The notes under the pieces: model-generated
What the model was told of the DNA's origin: nothing
The model's input: only the letters and a program-made list of their open reading frames with translations
The model's database searches: none
Assembly: GCA_040954595.2 (NCBI GenBank)
Contig: CM082593.2
Coordinates: forward strand, 1,684,901-1,748,900
Reading direction: 5' to 3'
Length of the DNA: 64,000 nucleotides
Source: Balanoglossus misakiensis
Lineage: Eukaryota; Animalia; Hemichordata
Position numbers and translations under genes: made by a program
Shown: piece after piece, positions 51,071 through 64,000 of the stretch
Layout: each line of letters starts with the position of its first letter
Numbering within the stretch: the first letter of the stretch is position 1

Positions 51071-54000
51071 CTAGTACCTAAACATGAATGTATACGTATC
51101 GGTACATAGTATCTTCCAGCTACAAACATTCGTCCATCCATACATAAATGTGATGCAGGTTTAATTTGTACATGTTCGCACATGTTACATTTATGGTTGT
51201 ATGCAGATACACTGCAAGTTTCGTTGATTTCTAAACCCATGGAGACTGAATCTACTACAGCTTGTCTTCCGGTAAAAGTGATACTGCAATCACCTTTGAT
51301 CTACAGCATGTGCCTATTTAAGAGAGAATCTACATGGCGTACTCTGACCCACTGCCGCTCCGTTTGTTACCAATTTCCCACCTTTACATTTATCAATTAA
51401 ACATAAAACCGTCTCTTTAAATCAGGTGAAACATTACTTTAATTGGGTGTTAAGGGTAAAGAGCATGAAATTTCGCATATGACTCTTATATGACAACTTG
51501 CCTGTATTACCTGAACATTTAACATTATACGCCTTGAAGTCCTTGACAGGCCTATACTACTGTGTTTGCTCCCACGCCGATAAAAATAACCATATTAAGT
51601 TAACTAAAACAATTAAAGTACCTCTTGGGTACTGGACAATTCATAGAAAGTGATCCATAGCAACGATTGGTACTAGTTGCTGGGATTTCAAGGATATCAT
51701 TGAGAGTGTGAATAAGTCTTTCCTGTCATTAAAGAAGGGTAGGTTTAATCTTGCAAATTGTAAAATCGATTACAAGTGTCAGAGGAGAAATTTTCTTGTC
51801 CACACATATTGATTTTGAACGGTTTGTAGCATTCTGAAGGTCACTAGACTGAATATGTTGATTTAGAAAACCCACCAATTGATTTAGATTGTTATGTGCA
51901 GGGTGTGTTATCAATTGTTGCTCCCCGGAATATCATAGGTTTTCATCTCCCCCACACGAATTTCTCCTGTCAACAAGTTTAAAACTTATGACATCAGAAA
52001 TGGCCTATTGGTACCAAGCACTTCTCATAAATATGAGAAAATTTTAATTTCAGAAACTCTCGAGTTGAATTTTAAGACAGGGCAGAGAATAACACCCACA
52101 CATGTGAAGGGTAAAAAACCTAGCAAATGGTAATAGTGAAGAGCTTGTATGGTGTAGTTAGTTATACGTCATGTGCTCAAAAATTAAGAAAGTCTTAAAC
52201 TTTGTCAGACAGCAAACTCCATTAAATTCACAGGACTCTCGAACAGAGAGATACATAGACTAGTGTTACAAACTTCAACCTTTGAGTTTACTGGCCATTT
52301 TATATCCAATAATTAATTTGATATTGAAGGATGAAATTCGAAGCCAGTGATCATATTTCGTCTTGATTAGTATACGCGATATAATTGAATCTGCAATCGG
52401 CTTTGCCAAACCGACATTAAAATTGCCCTATAGTTCATTACATGTTTTCAGATAGTTCAAACAGTGTTACTGTACTTCTGCAGAAGAGTTTAAATGATGG
52501 CATGCATTTTTGGCTGTAATATGAGAAATGAAATAAAATATGACAGTGGTTTTGGGTTCCATGCTCCTCCGGTGTTAAGCTTGGTGCTAAACGTGGTTTA
52601 ACATGAATGGATCATTCATGTCCACAATAGGCTGATGTCTGTCCATGTGTAAAATCTTTAACATATCTACATCACAAGATCTGCTTTAATTACTTGTAAT
52701 GTTTGTTTTCCCGAGAGAAAACGTTAACAGTGAAGGCTTGATTTCGGCCTATCATTGATGCCTTATCTGCTGGCCTGTAGACAGTGGCTTTAATGTATCG
52801 CACGACACGATTCTATTTGATTGTCACAGGTTTGTTTCCATTACACAAGGCGTTTATACCTTAATTATCGATTGAAAGGTCACAGGTTATCAACCATCAC
52901 GCCCACTACAGCATGTGAAAGAAACTTAGAAGATAGCAGCAGAGCAATGTTCTTAGTCGTCTGACCTTCTGTATCCATTGTATATCCATTCTGTATCGTG
53001 CAGGTCTAAAATGGAATTGTTACTTTAATACAATCACGCTAGCGTAAACTGCAATGGAGACTTCAACGGATGTGTCTGTGTAACCTCCTTCATCATAAGA
53101 TATTTTCCTTTGACCTTTCGATCAGCGGGAAACCCATGATATTCAAAAAATCTATAATACTGTGCCAGATAATGGTGTTCCATCATGGCCATGGCCATGT
53201 ACACAGGAAGTTATTCGATAACAGTATGGGAGATGTCGAGACACCATGTCTTTCGAGAAGGCTTTCAGATGGCAACAATCACAAAACATTTTGTACTATC
53301 AGAGATAGTGTAGACAATTTTTTCCTCCGTTTATGTGCACATGAATAAAGGTTTTGCATCTGGTTGAAAAAAATGCACTTTGTTCATACAAATGATGTGT
53401 CAATAGAATTTTCCATTATAAAAGGAAGTCATGACACTGATCTATCTCGCGAGGGAATTCAGATGGAACAAAATTAGAATCAGCGAAGACCTTCATACAC
53501 AAGAATGGTTAAATGAGCTAGTTTCATCTGATTGCAGTTGGACAGGCGTGCTTCACTGTCCAACACACATGTGACAGATGCACCAATCGAAATAGATTTG
53601 TTAGAACATCCTGTAAAATGTCACCATGGACGCACTTCAGCGGAAACCCAACGATGCACTATATTGGAAACTTCTTTCATCCACTCAATCAGAAAGTGAA
53701 CTTTACTCAAAGTCTTTGTCATGATATGACTTGAGTTTCCTGTCAATTACACAAAAGGATCAAATTATATAATTCATATGAGAATAATTCCACTCATATA
53801 TAGTTACACTTTCGTTTCCTTCATAATGTAAATAATGTAACCTAAAGATTGCAAGAACTTTGCACCGCATTCATTTCTCCTCGTTGCCTGCATCTATACT
53901 TCCAAAACTCCTATCTACCTACCTGGCTACATGTATACCTGACATACATGCACGGAAACAGATAGACAGTCAGACAATAATGTGTAATGAAGATTAATGA

Positions 54001-54087
54001 CAAATTAAAATACAAAATCATCTCTTTCTTTAGTTGTTCTCTGATATTACAATATCTACTACTCTTTGTAATTATTAGTTACTTTAA

Positions 54088-54261
54088 AGGTATACGGTCA
54101 CCTATACAAATTTGGCCACAGTTACCATGGTAAATCGAGATCTAACCAATCACAGATTTTCAGTGGGTGGCACACGCGAAAATAAAGCGTTCTTTAGAAC
54201 ACTCAAATACGCCATTTCAACTATATATGGCGATATGTAAATTGGAGGTGACCGTATACCT
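54088..54261. mobile_element. Intact 174-bp MITE with TTAA target duplication (Kolobok/T2-like)
   Basis: Perfect 16-bp TIRs AGGTATACGGTCACCT / AGGTGACCGTATACCT flanked by TTAA at 54084-54087 and 54262-54265. AGG termini fit Kolobok better than piggyBac (CCY). Confidence 0.92.
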
Positions 54262-57200
54262 TTAAGATTAATATGTATACAGAAAGATGAGCAATTGATC
54301 CAACTGCACACTGTTTTAAGTAATATGTCTGGAAGAAAATAGTAGAGCAATGTGCATTGCTATGTGGAACATAATTTGACAGTGCCAGCAATCTACGATC
54401 ATTGTGATTTATCCATGCAGTCTAAATTGATACACAGACAAAGTGTCTGGATTTTTCATCCAGGCTTGTGGGCGGAAATAACTGGTTCCCGTTTCTCTTA
54501 TCACAATCACACGTATCGCTTCGGCCTCAAGATCAGGAATTTAAACCCATAGTTTGCAGCCGACTTCAGATGGCAACATAAAATCACAGGTTGATTCACA
54601 AGTATAGTGAGAGAGTATTTCAAAGACGTTCCGGCAACATTGAGATATAGTTTGTATTTTCAATAGTGAAATATATGGATTCATTTTGCCACTGTTGGAA
54701 GAACAGCACAGCAGCAACGTAGACGGGTATTAAGATGCATGTTTTCCTTGTGCAACCTTAGCTGAAGGGGCAATTTCTCATCGATCGCTGTGGGCTATTT
54801 TCAGTTACAATAAGCCAGACGAACGCAAGATATCCGTCTAATATCCAGTCGATATTATTCACGAAAGCAATTTAGTCCCTCACTCTGCCAAGTTGCTGAT
54901 ACAATCAGAAACATCTAAGCTGCTAGTTGGCGAGTAATTTCTATGAACGAGCCAGTGAGCATCACTTACGCTGTCTGCTTTGGAATATTAACAGGAAATT
55001 ATCTGTACGAACATTAGCTTTGTTGACTCTTTTTCACGAACGGGAAAACATCACTGCTTACAATGTATTACCAGAATAATGCAAGGTGCTAGAATTCAGT
55101 GATTCTTTGGTATCAGACAATATTGGATTCCCATGTAAAGTCACAATTAAGGTAGTAGTATCTGACACATACTGTACATGCACTAGCCATAATAAGTATA
55201 TAAACTAGAAGTCGTTGGAATATAGGTTATTGGATGTCAAGTTGAAATGTAATCATGAATGTCGAAAAGCACGATAAGATAGGCACGTATACCATGTCTC
55301 TCCTAGGCATTACATGATCACTGATGGCATGGGTGACACATCTCTTGACATTGTGAGTGTTTCTTTTGACTTAGATGTTGACTTATTTCTTGGGGCTTGC
55401 CACATGAGCAGCTAGGTCATCGTCACCTTTTTCGAAATATCTGAATCGTTTTTTGGTCTTTTTATCCTGAGAGATCCATACTCTTTCTTTTGCAGATTTG
55501 ACTGTTCTGTGTCCATTTTTGGTTGTCTACGTGGCTGTGTTCTGCTGTATTGTGTAACGGCGATGACTAGATGGTATGCACTGTTTGTGTTTAAAGTACC
55601 GACATGCATTTAACGGTGCAGAAACAAGGATTTGTATATCACCCCTGATGTGATGCAATGCAGGCTTAAACAACATATTTATTGTGAACAACTCTTGCTT
55701 GCATGTAGCATCCCTTAATTGAAAATCACGCTGATTTAGGGTAAAAGTGAATACTTACACGCGTGTTCTCAATTTATGTCTTGTACACTTTCCCCCTCAG
55801 GCGAGAAAAACTTGTGTCTCATACGACGCATGATGTGTTCCCGCTAATGACTTCTGACAAGTGCCTAAGTCTGACATTCCTGATAAGTTTATTGAATTTA
55901 TTGCACGGCGTTCACTTTCACAAACGATCACGCCATACTCTCACGTAGCCACCCAGATAAGGTATCAACCGCTTTTCTTTCCGATGTCAAATCTCTCAAT
56001 TCATCAGCGATGGAACCTCCATCGAACAACTGCCACAGGAAGTGTGAAACATCCGCTTGTTTGAAATCGCTTGACACCTCGAACAGACGCAGACAGACAC
56101 TTATCGCACGAACAGATAGCATTCAGAATTCAACGCCATACAAAATGTTCTCTAAACACCCAATGCGGGGTCCTTCCTTGCGTGCTGCTACACACGTGTG
56201 TTCCTTTACATGGTAACCTGATAAACACTTAAACTACTATTTCTAAAAAGTCGGTCATTATTTGCAGAGTGCTGTAATATCTTTCCGTTGGCTAAACTTC
56301 ATCAAAAATGGGGTCAGCTATACAGCAGCCGGCAAATGGCTGATTAAATGTGGTTTATTGCCAGAGGAACCTATTCCAAAAGGTTTTTGACCGTTAGCAG
56401 GGCGAGTCTTATTTATTTCTCAGTGTACAGTCTAAAATAAGTCAATATGTTGAAGGAAATGATAAAGGTGACAAATAAAAACCACTACAACATCAGAAAA
56501 TTATAAGGCTTTTTGTTGTAAAAAGTAGCAGTGGTTCCATGGTGGTCCTTAACTTTACTTTGTGCCTCATATTATAAGATATCCACTTTGTTTTATTATG
56601 TAGCCTATGTGTGTTATTTCAATATAGCTTTCGTCAAGCTTGTCCTGGCTAATCTGTTGTGACAGTTCCCACTGTTGTTGTTAAAGGCATGCTTGGCTGT
56701 ACATGTCTAGTCAGCGGGTGGGCAATATCATGGCGCACCACTTGATGGCATGATTCACCGAGCAACTACATGTAGCTCTTGGGGTATTCTAGGAAGGCAC
56801 TTACTACTGGCAAGGTTTGGTTCTGACACATACTGGATACTCATGAGGTAACGTTCGATTTTATTGATTTGTGCTTTGCAAAACTATATTGATGTTCTCA
56901 AGTGAATAGCGGGTCTGTCAGATTTATTCTCTGTCGACGATTCATTTATATGCAAAGTATTGGGTGACAGTTTTAACGAAGTGACGAGACATTTCAACCC
57001 CATTACCCAGAATTGAAATTTCTGTTGTTTGTGTATATACTTCCATTGATTTCTGGTATTTTTTTTTCAATTTTAACGTCTGTTTGTTAAGCTTGATGCA
57101 AACTTTTCACACATTTACATGGCTTTATTTAACTATTAGTTACCCGGGCACCTGCTCAAATAATACTTTACATAAATGACGAAAAATTGAACTCTGGGTC

Positions 57201-59552
57201 AACTGAAGTTAACCCTGCATCTATCGTTTTGTTCAATTGTTTAGATTGGATCTATGTTGTCACCAAGGGTTAATTTGCATGCTGAAGTAATATTTGTTGG
57301 CGGGATTTCTACTGAGCAGCATGTGTAATTTCACTGCTTTGAGATTTAATGGGAATCTTTGCATGCCATTCAACGTTCCCTCCACCAGCCTCGCTTTATA
57401 CGATCAGAAAAGGTTGTCAAATACCATCTTTTATGTATAACCAGACGCGTGGTGCTCGGTTTACAATTTCGTGTATCAGCCCGTGCTTTCCATAAAATTG
57501 TTGTATACATTCCACCGTCAGGCAACCGAGACTGAGCGTTTTAGATTTCATTATCTAAACTCCGCGGATTTTAACACCTTTCCTTTCAACATGCCCCCAG
57601 ATATTCTCTCTCTTTCATCATGTTTCTGGAGTATAAAGAGCGTGTTTGATGTTTATGACGTCATATATTCCACCATTATGTAGCTTTTGAAATAAAGGGT
57701 AGGAACAAGCAAAATGCATGGTGTCTGTCAGATTATTTGCGACACATGCTTTTTTGATAACATAACATAACTCCATGACAGCTGGAAGTTATTTTTTTAC
57801 GAGTGATGCGATATATCATTCCGCAGTACGGTCATGGGCACCACCAGTGCAGCTACAATATTCCACATCAGGAGTGAAATACCCCACAGGTCTTATGGTG
57901 TCCTGTTATTCATTGCATTATGTTCCCCAGATTTCAGGTGACTGAGCATCTTAATTGCATGTCACCAGTGAAAAAAAACAGCCACAGTATTATCGTCAGT
58001 ACAAGACACGAACAATATCTGTCAGTGAATGCCAAAATGAAACTGCCTGTGACATTGTAGGCAGGCCATATCGGCATCAGTCATTTTACGCAACATATAT
58101 TGTGCAATTGAGCTGTGAACCCAGCCCTTGGCGACAGCACAAGGCAAACTAGGTCTAGTCACGAATAAATCTACTTGCATGCAATACGGTGTTTAAACTG
58201 ATGGCGATTAGTGGTAAAGGTTCTGACTGAACATCAGTGTGACGAACAGACAAAATCAATCATCCGTTTTGGCGGCAATTTATAAGGCAAGTGTTGGCCG
58301 ATTGTCATGTCAACAAATAAGACATTGTAATAAGCGGTCAGCGTACTGTATTACGCGAATCTATGCACCTCAAGATTTTACAAGATCGTCTGAAATGTGA
58401 CCTTAAGACCAAAACGCGTCTGATCACACAGATGTAACGTGGGAACATTTGGTTTAAATTGTACATATCCTCTCTCAAAATAATTGCGAACTTAACCATC
58501 CATATTTTAACCACATACAGCAATGGTGACTTCACTCATCTGATCAGAATTGCTGCGAGAACTTGTGGCCACTTTAACAGCAAGAGTGTATTAATAATCG
58601 GTACTTGAATATACAAAACCTATAATATTATATTCGTGGATTCACCTTATTCGGAAAGACAGTCAGCGTTACATTTCAATCTTGCACCGTGTATTATTGT
58701 GCTCCTAAACCATACAACGTCTAATGACGAGCGCCCTCTTCGCATACCTAACATCTTCCCAGTCAGTGTTTGTTAAGACGGTGTACAGTAGGCAGCAGCG
58801 GACGACGGGAGGTTCTCGCATGAGAGTACTCTTGCAAAATTTCGAGACAGTTTCACTGAAGGCTTATATTTTCAAATGTGGTATGCATGTGTGTAACGCT
58901 AACTATTCATACACTATCAGGCAGTAATACTTTTTAGCCTTTCAACCTTTTTCATCAAACCCTGCATATACCAACCGTCTCATATATTAACACGGATTTT
59001 ATTCTTCTGGACATTTTCTCCCCGGAGGTAAGCAGCTTTTATGAAACTATTCCTGTTGTCTGCACTTTAAGCCACAGAAATTTACCAGGATTTTCGTGTC
59101 TGTATCATATCATTTTCATTGAACGTACAGAGCTAGTGCACACTTCGAAGCCATTCCAGAAAAGACCCATATTATTCCCCCAACTGAGAATTCTTGTCGT
59201 CGTCAGATGAAATTTAATTTTGCAGCTTTGTAAAAGCGGTGTCACATGCCTTCATGGCGACTACCTTTGAGTCAGTGGTAATTTGGTCTGTGTATAGTCT
59301 TAATCTACATATCAACTGGAGTAAGGTTTCGAACGATGTGGCATTTGTTGTCCATGTACGTACGTGGCAAGTTAATTACCAGCAATGATTTGCTGGTGTA
59401 AGACTACAATCACTGTGTAGGAGAACTAGCGTAGACCAGGGTTAACTGTGAGACATAAATTTTCTTCATCGACGTGTATCACGTTTGTAAGAAGCATATG
59501 CACATGATGTCCTTATCTTTTGTTCCCAAGTGTAGGCACTATAATCCCAAAA

Positions 59553-60810
59553 TCACAGGGAAAGGGCTGTGTTGTTCCTCATCACAGTCGAACACGAACA
59601 TAGGTGTCGTTTACAAAACTGACTCGCGAAAGGATCACAATATCTGTGTTCACAAATGTGCAAAATATGAGTTCTATTTTCAGATCTTATTCGAAATGCA
59701 GCCAGTGTCTCACCCAGGGATGCAACCCCTATCCCCAAAGCTAGCAAAGACACCACTGATGTGTTAAAACAATCTTTTGCTCATGTCATCATCAAGTTTG
59801 TTGTTCATTAACTTTGTGCATGACCACCAAAAGACGTCAGCACAATGACATCCACCTTGATTAATCATCTAAAAGTCTTGCACAACAGTGGTTAGTAAAG
59901 TCTGTTCCTTGTCCCCTGAGATAGACTTGCGACCTTTCTGCAATGGCCTGCCCATCAGGCAGAGCTCCTTTAACATAGAACATGCATTACGGAACAATTT
60001 CATCCAGTCCCCCCGTGCCCTTTGGTGAAAGGTTGCTGCATGGACACGCTGGCTCGGATATCCTTTAAGACGATTTATGAAGTCTTCCATGAATAAGAGG
60101 GATTGGACACATCGATGTTCTGTATTCTTCCCTGTCTCTGGAGCATAGTTAGGCTGTTTGACCTGTAGCGACCCTCGCACTGATGTCAATCTCTTGGAAT
60201 GCCAATTTTGCTCAGTGTATTTCATGATTAAACTTTCCCAAATAATCAGTACCGTCTGGCCATGTTTGTTCCAACAACTTCAGATATTCACTCTTTGTTC
60301 GAACTATATGTTACCAACATTGCAAAATAACTAACTTGATAACATATCATGTCTGACAACCAATGCTGCGGTATTTTTCTTATATCAAGAACCCCCATTG
60401 AACTGTAGGCAATATATTCACTAATGCATGGTGTGAATTCCTCGAGATAGGAAATAAGCTGATAAAATGGAAAGCGAACATCCCACAACATTATTTTATT
60501 ACATCTTCCCTCTGGATAAAATGTGGAAAATGCCATCCTACCATCTTGATCAACTAGGCCATTTCCATCAGTGAATTTACGATGAAGTGCCACCTTATCA
60601 TCATGCAACATGGGTAAAAAGTCATGCCCTAACAAGCCACATGTGATTGTTTTTCATTTAATTTAGAATGTAAAAGCACATTCATGTCAATAGCAGGTAC
60701 CAAATCTAATGCTGACACACATTTGTAACTGTTCAATGTTGTTTCCGTTCCCATTTTGCTGTGACCCCATTCAAACAGAGAATGGATGACCCCATGAGTC
60801 TTCTAGATCT
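59553..60810 (-). pseudogene. Frameshifted remnant of a Mab-21/cGAS-like nucleotidyltransferase (cGLR-like) gene
   Basis: Ordered motifs on -: THG..LFEW, LDLVPAID (60706-60686), a frameshift near 60655, VALHRK, RMAFSTFYPE, FYQLISYL, ISEY, IRKIPQHW. Further broken protein-like frames run to about 59.55 kb. Motif match made by eye only. Confidence 0.45.
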
Positions 60811-63800
60811 AGAGACTAAGACATGTAACAACGTGTAATAATTTTGTCGATCGGTAAAGATTCTACATAAATCGACATTGAAAAAGTCTTACTCGATGTT
60901 TTGGAATGCGAGTGTGATAGCCTGTTTGTGCTGTTATCAGAGATCCTATATTTGATTTAGAGCCCGCCATCCAATTACGTCACTCAGTACTGGACATTTC
61001 ACTCCAAATTTACATGGGAACAATACTCATCAAAGAGCTGTCCACTGATTGCTATATATAACTCTTTGTTGTATTATTTCATCAAGATATTTGATATTAA
61101 AACTATGTTGTCACGAACCTCACAAGCTAGCCTATATTAATTAGGTTGTATTCCACCTATATACCTGGGGGACTTTATCGTGTCTTTTATTGCCATTTAA
61201 TTAACATGACTGAGTATGTTATCTTTTGCGAATATAAAACTCGTCCATAGAATATGAAAGTTCACAAATGGTCAAGGTTGATTTCATCCATGATTTGCAA
61301 AAAATGGGTCTAGTACGTGTGGCGTAATATCTTCTATAATAAACCTTAATTCGAACAAGAGCTATTCCAGTCCAAAGATCGTTGTGGTCCAGTCTTTGTT
61401 TGTCAGTGGCAGACAAATCCCGTCGCGAGCTCCCTACAGACGAGAAGGCACTTCTTTTGCAACGAACTGATCCGTTCTTGTATCTGAGTGATAAATTGCC
61501 CAGATAGACGAAAAACGGCGCAACCGATTGAAATATTTTATGGTCACAACATAAAATTCTTCCATTGGCACATCAAGGCATTACTTGCTTTGTTTAATGT
61601 CATAAGCGACACAACGTTGATAACGATTACTTGGTGTTCTAGGCACTGATTTATATGGCTAGACCAGAGGTTACGCAATGGTTTTCTGCCTATAAATTTT
61701 ACCCGCATCTCTTGATCGATCCAGAGGAAGGCAATACTGTCAAAAGCAATACGACGCATGCGTCGACGGGGGATGCTTGAGTTGTCAATTCATCGTTCTT
61801 TTACCGGAAGACCTCTTCAATATCCATAATTTATAGAAATGTCCTTAGCGATGCCGAATATCATACCCTACATACCTTTTATGGAAAAAAACTAAATTTC
61901 ATGGCCAATTATCAGATTATGAAATATGTGTACAGGTACCAGTTATGGGACATAAACCTTAATCACTGGATACTTTATTACACTATTACTCAAGTTTATC
62001 AAAGGTATCGCAGGAATGTCTTACACTTAAAGTTTAAGATATCGAATATGATAGATCCGAAATGGCAGTGTTTCACATGCAAAGTGACCCAGTCATTTTC
62101 AGCGATAACCTGTCGACGTGCGACGATTTAAAGTGCAGTCGTCTTCCTCGATTCCGGCTTTGCAAACTGTAAACATTATCCCCACGTTACTCACAAGTGT
62201 TATGTATGTGATACGTCAGATTTGTCGGCACTTGTAGGGTGTTTATTGAAAAGTCTAATTGTTGCTAGGATCAAGATGCTAGTCTTCATGATAAAGACGT
62301 CAAAATCCTGCTCAAATTTGCCCAATTACCCACGTCACTGCATATTTGAACTGTTGAGGTGAATGCGAATTAATACATATAAAGCTGACACACTTGTTCT
62401 CGTACCACCATGGGCTGTGACTGTGGTCATATTTTTCATTTTTCCATGAATAGAATCCAACAGCAAACTGTGTCACATTAGGTCATATTTACAATGGATG
62501 AGACAAGGTCGACAGAATGGGTTTCGAATGAAGAAATGTAACACTTCGTGCTCTATGAAAACCGAGTATTACAAACCTTTGTGTGCGTGATCACGATTAT
62601 GAAAGAGATTTTCACGTAATCCAGTGATTATTAACACATACATTCAATAGAAGACAAAGATGGCTGATGCCATGGGCGCCAAACCAAATAACTCTAGCCT
62701 AAAGATATTGATTAAAAGGGTTTATTTGCAGAAATAATCCTATGAAAATATGCATGCATAGCGGCTTATGAAACAAGAAACCCCGGCTTTCTGTTAAAGT
62801 TTAATATTCATTGGTTTTAACACAAGTTAAATACAATCAGAAAATGACAATATTCTTAATTTTAATTCCCCGTCTTATGGTTATGTACATAATCAGAAAT
62901 GTTAAATGTTATACAGGTTCAGAGTTATTCCAGTTTTTATCGCACTATGTAGATTTTTGTCAGGTGGATCATAAAAATCTCTTACCTTCGATCAGGTTTT
63001 CAGATAGAGGATTTAAATATAACCTGTATTATATATGTGTTGCTTTGAGGAAAGTTAATGGATGATGGCGCCTGGTATTGACATTGTTTCAAAAAATAAT
63101 CAATGTTGGCCGTTCAGTTTGCACAAATGCACCAAAAGAAGAAAGTCGACATGGTCAATATATGACATAAAATTTTGCTTGACTGATAGGCATGTACAAT
63201 GTATGTGACAGATTTCTGATCAGTAATAAAAGCTGGCCGCACAACTGAAAATGTAGCAAAGTCACTGCTCTCTGCAAGCTGCGAGAATTTACTGTATATA
63301 GGTTCACTTCAGTGCGTACTCCTGAGAATTTGAGTAGCATTGGCGACACTTAAACCCTGTGTCTTATATCCTCCGTCGATGTAAACAGGTCTATAGTGCA
63401 TAGTCAGAACACTTTCGCACATTTTCAAATTGATGATGTCATAAGTGTGACCTGGGGCTGATTGCATTTTTGTTCAAACTGTGGTGAACAACAGTTTCTC
63501 TGCGTAACATTCAGAGTTGATTCATTCCCCTGACAATACAAATCATCGTTGGCTCACAATTGGGGGTTGATAACTTTCGTAAAATCAATCTCCGACAACA
63601 TATGCAAAAAACAAGAAAAGTGTCACTATCAATTTTCCTATTAAAATCTATTCCACTATAATTTTGACAAATGTATCTAACTCCACCCGGGGAACACATG
63701 TGCAGGAAGCTCATTTGTCTGCTTTATATTATTATTCTGTGAAGGACAATTTTTTCTGTTGCCTTGTGAAGGTTAACATGTTACATGTCTCTTCAGGTAA

Positions 63801-64000
63801 GGTTTATATAAAATGATTGACGTAGCAAATTTTCACAAAACCATAATTAGATATTAATTGGCCTTAATGACGATAAGATTACCAGCTCTGAAAGCGGATA
63901 TTTGTTTAGCACAAGTGACTATTACTGCCTGTGTATAGACATCTGAAGAAAGCTTGAGAAAACTGTGTTCCATCTATACATGTGCCTTTGCCAAGCTTCC

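Noticed and set aside
53525-53580. Hairpin gttggacag/ctgtccaac as a pre-miRNA
   Set aside because: Only a 9-bp core stem with large internal loops; too weak.
1-64000. Neuropeptide precursor, tRNA/rRNA genes, CRISPR array or prokaryotic operon
   Set aside because: No signal peptide with repeated G-K/R-R cassettes, no cloverleaf or rRNA similarity, no regularly spaced repeat-spacer array; the DNA is intron-containing animal sequence.

Overview
AT-rich eukaryotic (animal) genomic DNA with GT-AG introns. Frequent TACATGTA octamers and the repeat types suggest a marine invertebrate, but the taxon cannot be fixed from sequence alone. Two rhodopsin-class neuropeptide GPCR genes face each other tail-to-tail. 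(1) On +, the last three coding exons (2172-2567, 3987-4202, 4301-4525; TM3 to C-terminus) of a leucokinin/luqin/tachykinin-related receptor whose 5' exon(s) lie left of the window. (2) On -, a complete 4-exon, 400-aa tachykinin-receptor-like gene (34013-33337, 24204-24054, 20184-19988, 18586-18409). The rest is intron or intergenic DNA with MITEs (one intact TTAA-flanked Kolobok-like element), a foldback element, tandem duplications and microsatellites. Less obvious signals: a frameshifted Mab-21/cGAS-like remnant near 59.6-60.8 kb (-), a triple nuclear-receptor half-site (DR2+DR1) about 1.9 kb upstream of the tachykinin receptor ATG, a duplicated in-frame splice donor in ICL3, and a promoter-like patch with a Kozak-context small ORF between the two receptor genes. 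Most ORFs in the supplied track are spurious. I found no firm evidence for a wholly new biological system; the leads below are candidates.
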